Source: Spizellomyces punctatus DAOM BR117 (lineage: Eukaryota). Taken from it: a DNA stretch of 64,000 bases. The notes under the pieces are model-generated. The model was not told the DNA's origin. It worked only from the letters and a program-made list of their open reading frames with translations, and did no database searches. Within the stretch, counting starts at the first letter, position 1. Each line of letters starts with the position of its first letter. Both the position numbers and the translations under genes were made by a program. The stretch lies in assembly GCA_000182565.2 (NCBI GenBank), contig KQ257454.1; one strand, 5' to 3'. Positions 62,433 to 64,000 of this stretch are shown in pieces.

Positions 62433-63676
62433 ATGCATCCCACTCGTATCCTCCACCGCGCAGCATTACCACGCACAAAACCCGCCTTACTCCTCGCAAC
62501 CAAATGGAACGAAAAGCACGGTAAGCCAACACTCACCTCATCTCATCATACATGTTCTAATGAGATTTTCCATGTGTAGATCCGACGGGATGGTGGATAT
62601 CCGAGAAATACGATGGCGTCCGAGCGTACTGGGATAGCAAAGCCCAGAAAATGGTGTCGAGATTAGGAAATGTTTTTGGTGTTCCGGAATGGTTTACGCG
62701 TGGTAAGCTTAAAGTTGCGAAAATCATTATACTAAAGTTAATAATGTTGTGGGTTGGTAATGTAGATTTGCCGAAAGATATGGATTTAGATGGAGAGTTG
62801 TGGGGAGGCTACGGAGCATTCTCGCGAACCGTTTCAGTCGTCAAGACACTCAAACAAAATCAAATGACACTACCCACATGGTCTTGTCTTACCTACCAAA
62901 TCTTTGACACCCCAACCAAAGACCCTTTTGAAACCCGACTCGTACTTTTAAAAAAGTACATGGCGAATATACATGCTCGGCATCTTTGTCTTGTTGATTA
63001 TCGACAATGTACGTCTCGTGAGGATTTACGGGAGGAATTGGAGCGTGTGGAGAGGAGGGGTGGGGAGGGGATCATGTTGCGGAGGGCTGGGAGTTTGTAT
63101 ATTGGGAAACGGGATGCGAGTTTGAGGAAATTGAAAAAGGGGTTGGATGCGGAGTGTGTTGTTGTTGGGTATGAGGAAGGTAAGGGGAGGAATGAGGGGG
63201 TTGTGGGGTCGCTCAAGGTATGTCTTGAACCTTTTTTTGCAAGGTGGTTGTGGTGTTGATGTCGGGGTTTCTAGTGCCGGTTGGAGAATGACAAGGTGTT
63301 TTGGCTTGGGTCGGGGCTGACGGATGAGGATCGGAAGTGTCCGCCTCCGATTGGGTCGGTTGTAACGTTTCGGTTTATGGAGTGGACAAAGGAGGGTATA
63401 CCCCGGCACCCCAGTTTTGTTGGTGTGCGGATAGATTATGATCCAGATGCCGGCACGGACACCAGTATGGATGCCGCCATGGATGTCGGCACGAATGTGG
63501 AAATGGACACGATCGCAAGTGCAAGCGTAAACACGGAGCAAAGCACACGACATGTGCAAGTGGACACAAACGCCAATGCAAACGAAGACAGACCACCAGA
63601 ACCAGAAGCAAAAACAAGAATCCCTGCCACTATGTCAATGACCAGTACGCACTTCAAGTCCACTAGTATGAATTAG
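62433..63676 (+). CDS. Minimal ATP-dependent DNA ligase (adenylation + OB domain; bacterial LigE-type)
   Basis: WWISEKYDGVRAYWD (motif I), LDGELW (III), EGIMLR (IV), LRKLKK (V) and OB 'GSGLTDEDR..PPPIGSVVTFRF..T..GIPRHPSF'. Three short introns. Confidence 0.9.
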
Positions 63677-64000
63677 ATACAAAAACCAAAAAGTAACATG
63701 TCTTGTTTTACAGGGAATTGGGCATGACATAAAATGCCCAGGCAATGACAATGTAGGCACCGAGAAGCATGACGCCTTCCAACCAATTGGTCTGACCGTC
63801 CGAAATAACCGAATTGACGACAAAGATTGAAACCTACAAAAGAAAGGTTCAACTCTGGAGCAACAGAGACCATTCAAAGCGTCATCAAAAGGTACGCACA
63901 AACATGACACTGGTCTCAAAGGCCGAAAAAGCCAAGGAAAGCGGTTGATTCCATATCCACCCGAAAATGACACAAATGGGCGTAACGAGCAAGGCAATCT

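Overview
Gene-dense eukaryotic DNA with about 33 genes, nearly all spliced by short (~50-90 nt) GT-AG introns. A Zn2Cys6 transcription factor marks it as fungal. Flagellar-type genes (CLAMP/C1a-32 domain, ZBBX-like) and animal-like genes absent from budding yeast (presenilin, LD-motif paxillin, U11/U12-65K RNPC3, CHERP, LAMTOR5) point to a zoosporic early-diverging fungus, probably a chytrid such as a Spizellomycetales member (inference). I found no rRNA, tRNA, CRISPR array or intact transposon. The most notable items are: (1) a presenilin that splices in frame to an N-terminal MYND zinc finger; (2) a prokaryote-type SfsA PD-(D/E)XK nuclease gene split into 8 exons, including 10- and 22-nt microexons, and barely visible in the ORF track; (3) a compact bacterial LigE-type ATP-dependent DNA ligase with introns; (4) a membrane-anchored GH18 protein with a degenerate catalytic motif; (5) a ZBBX-like gene with no B-box and a duplicated signature motif; (6) a longin protein with no SNARE motif whose 3' end is tandemly triplicated; (7) recurrent CACGTG E-boxes in the short promoters. 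Exon structures were derived by hand and family calls come from recalled motifs, not database searches.
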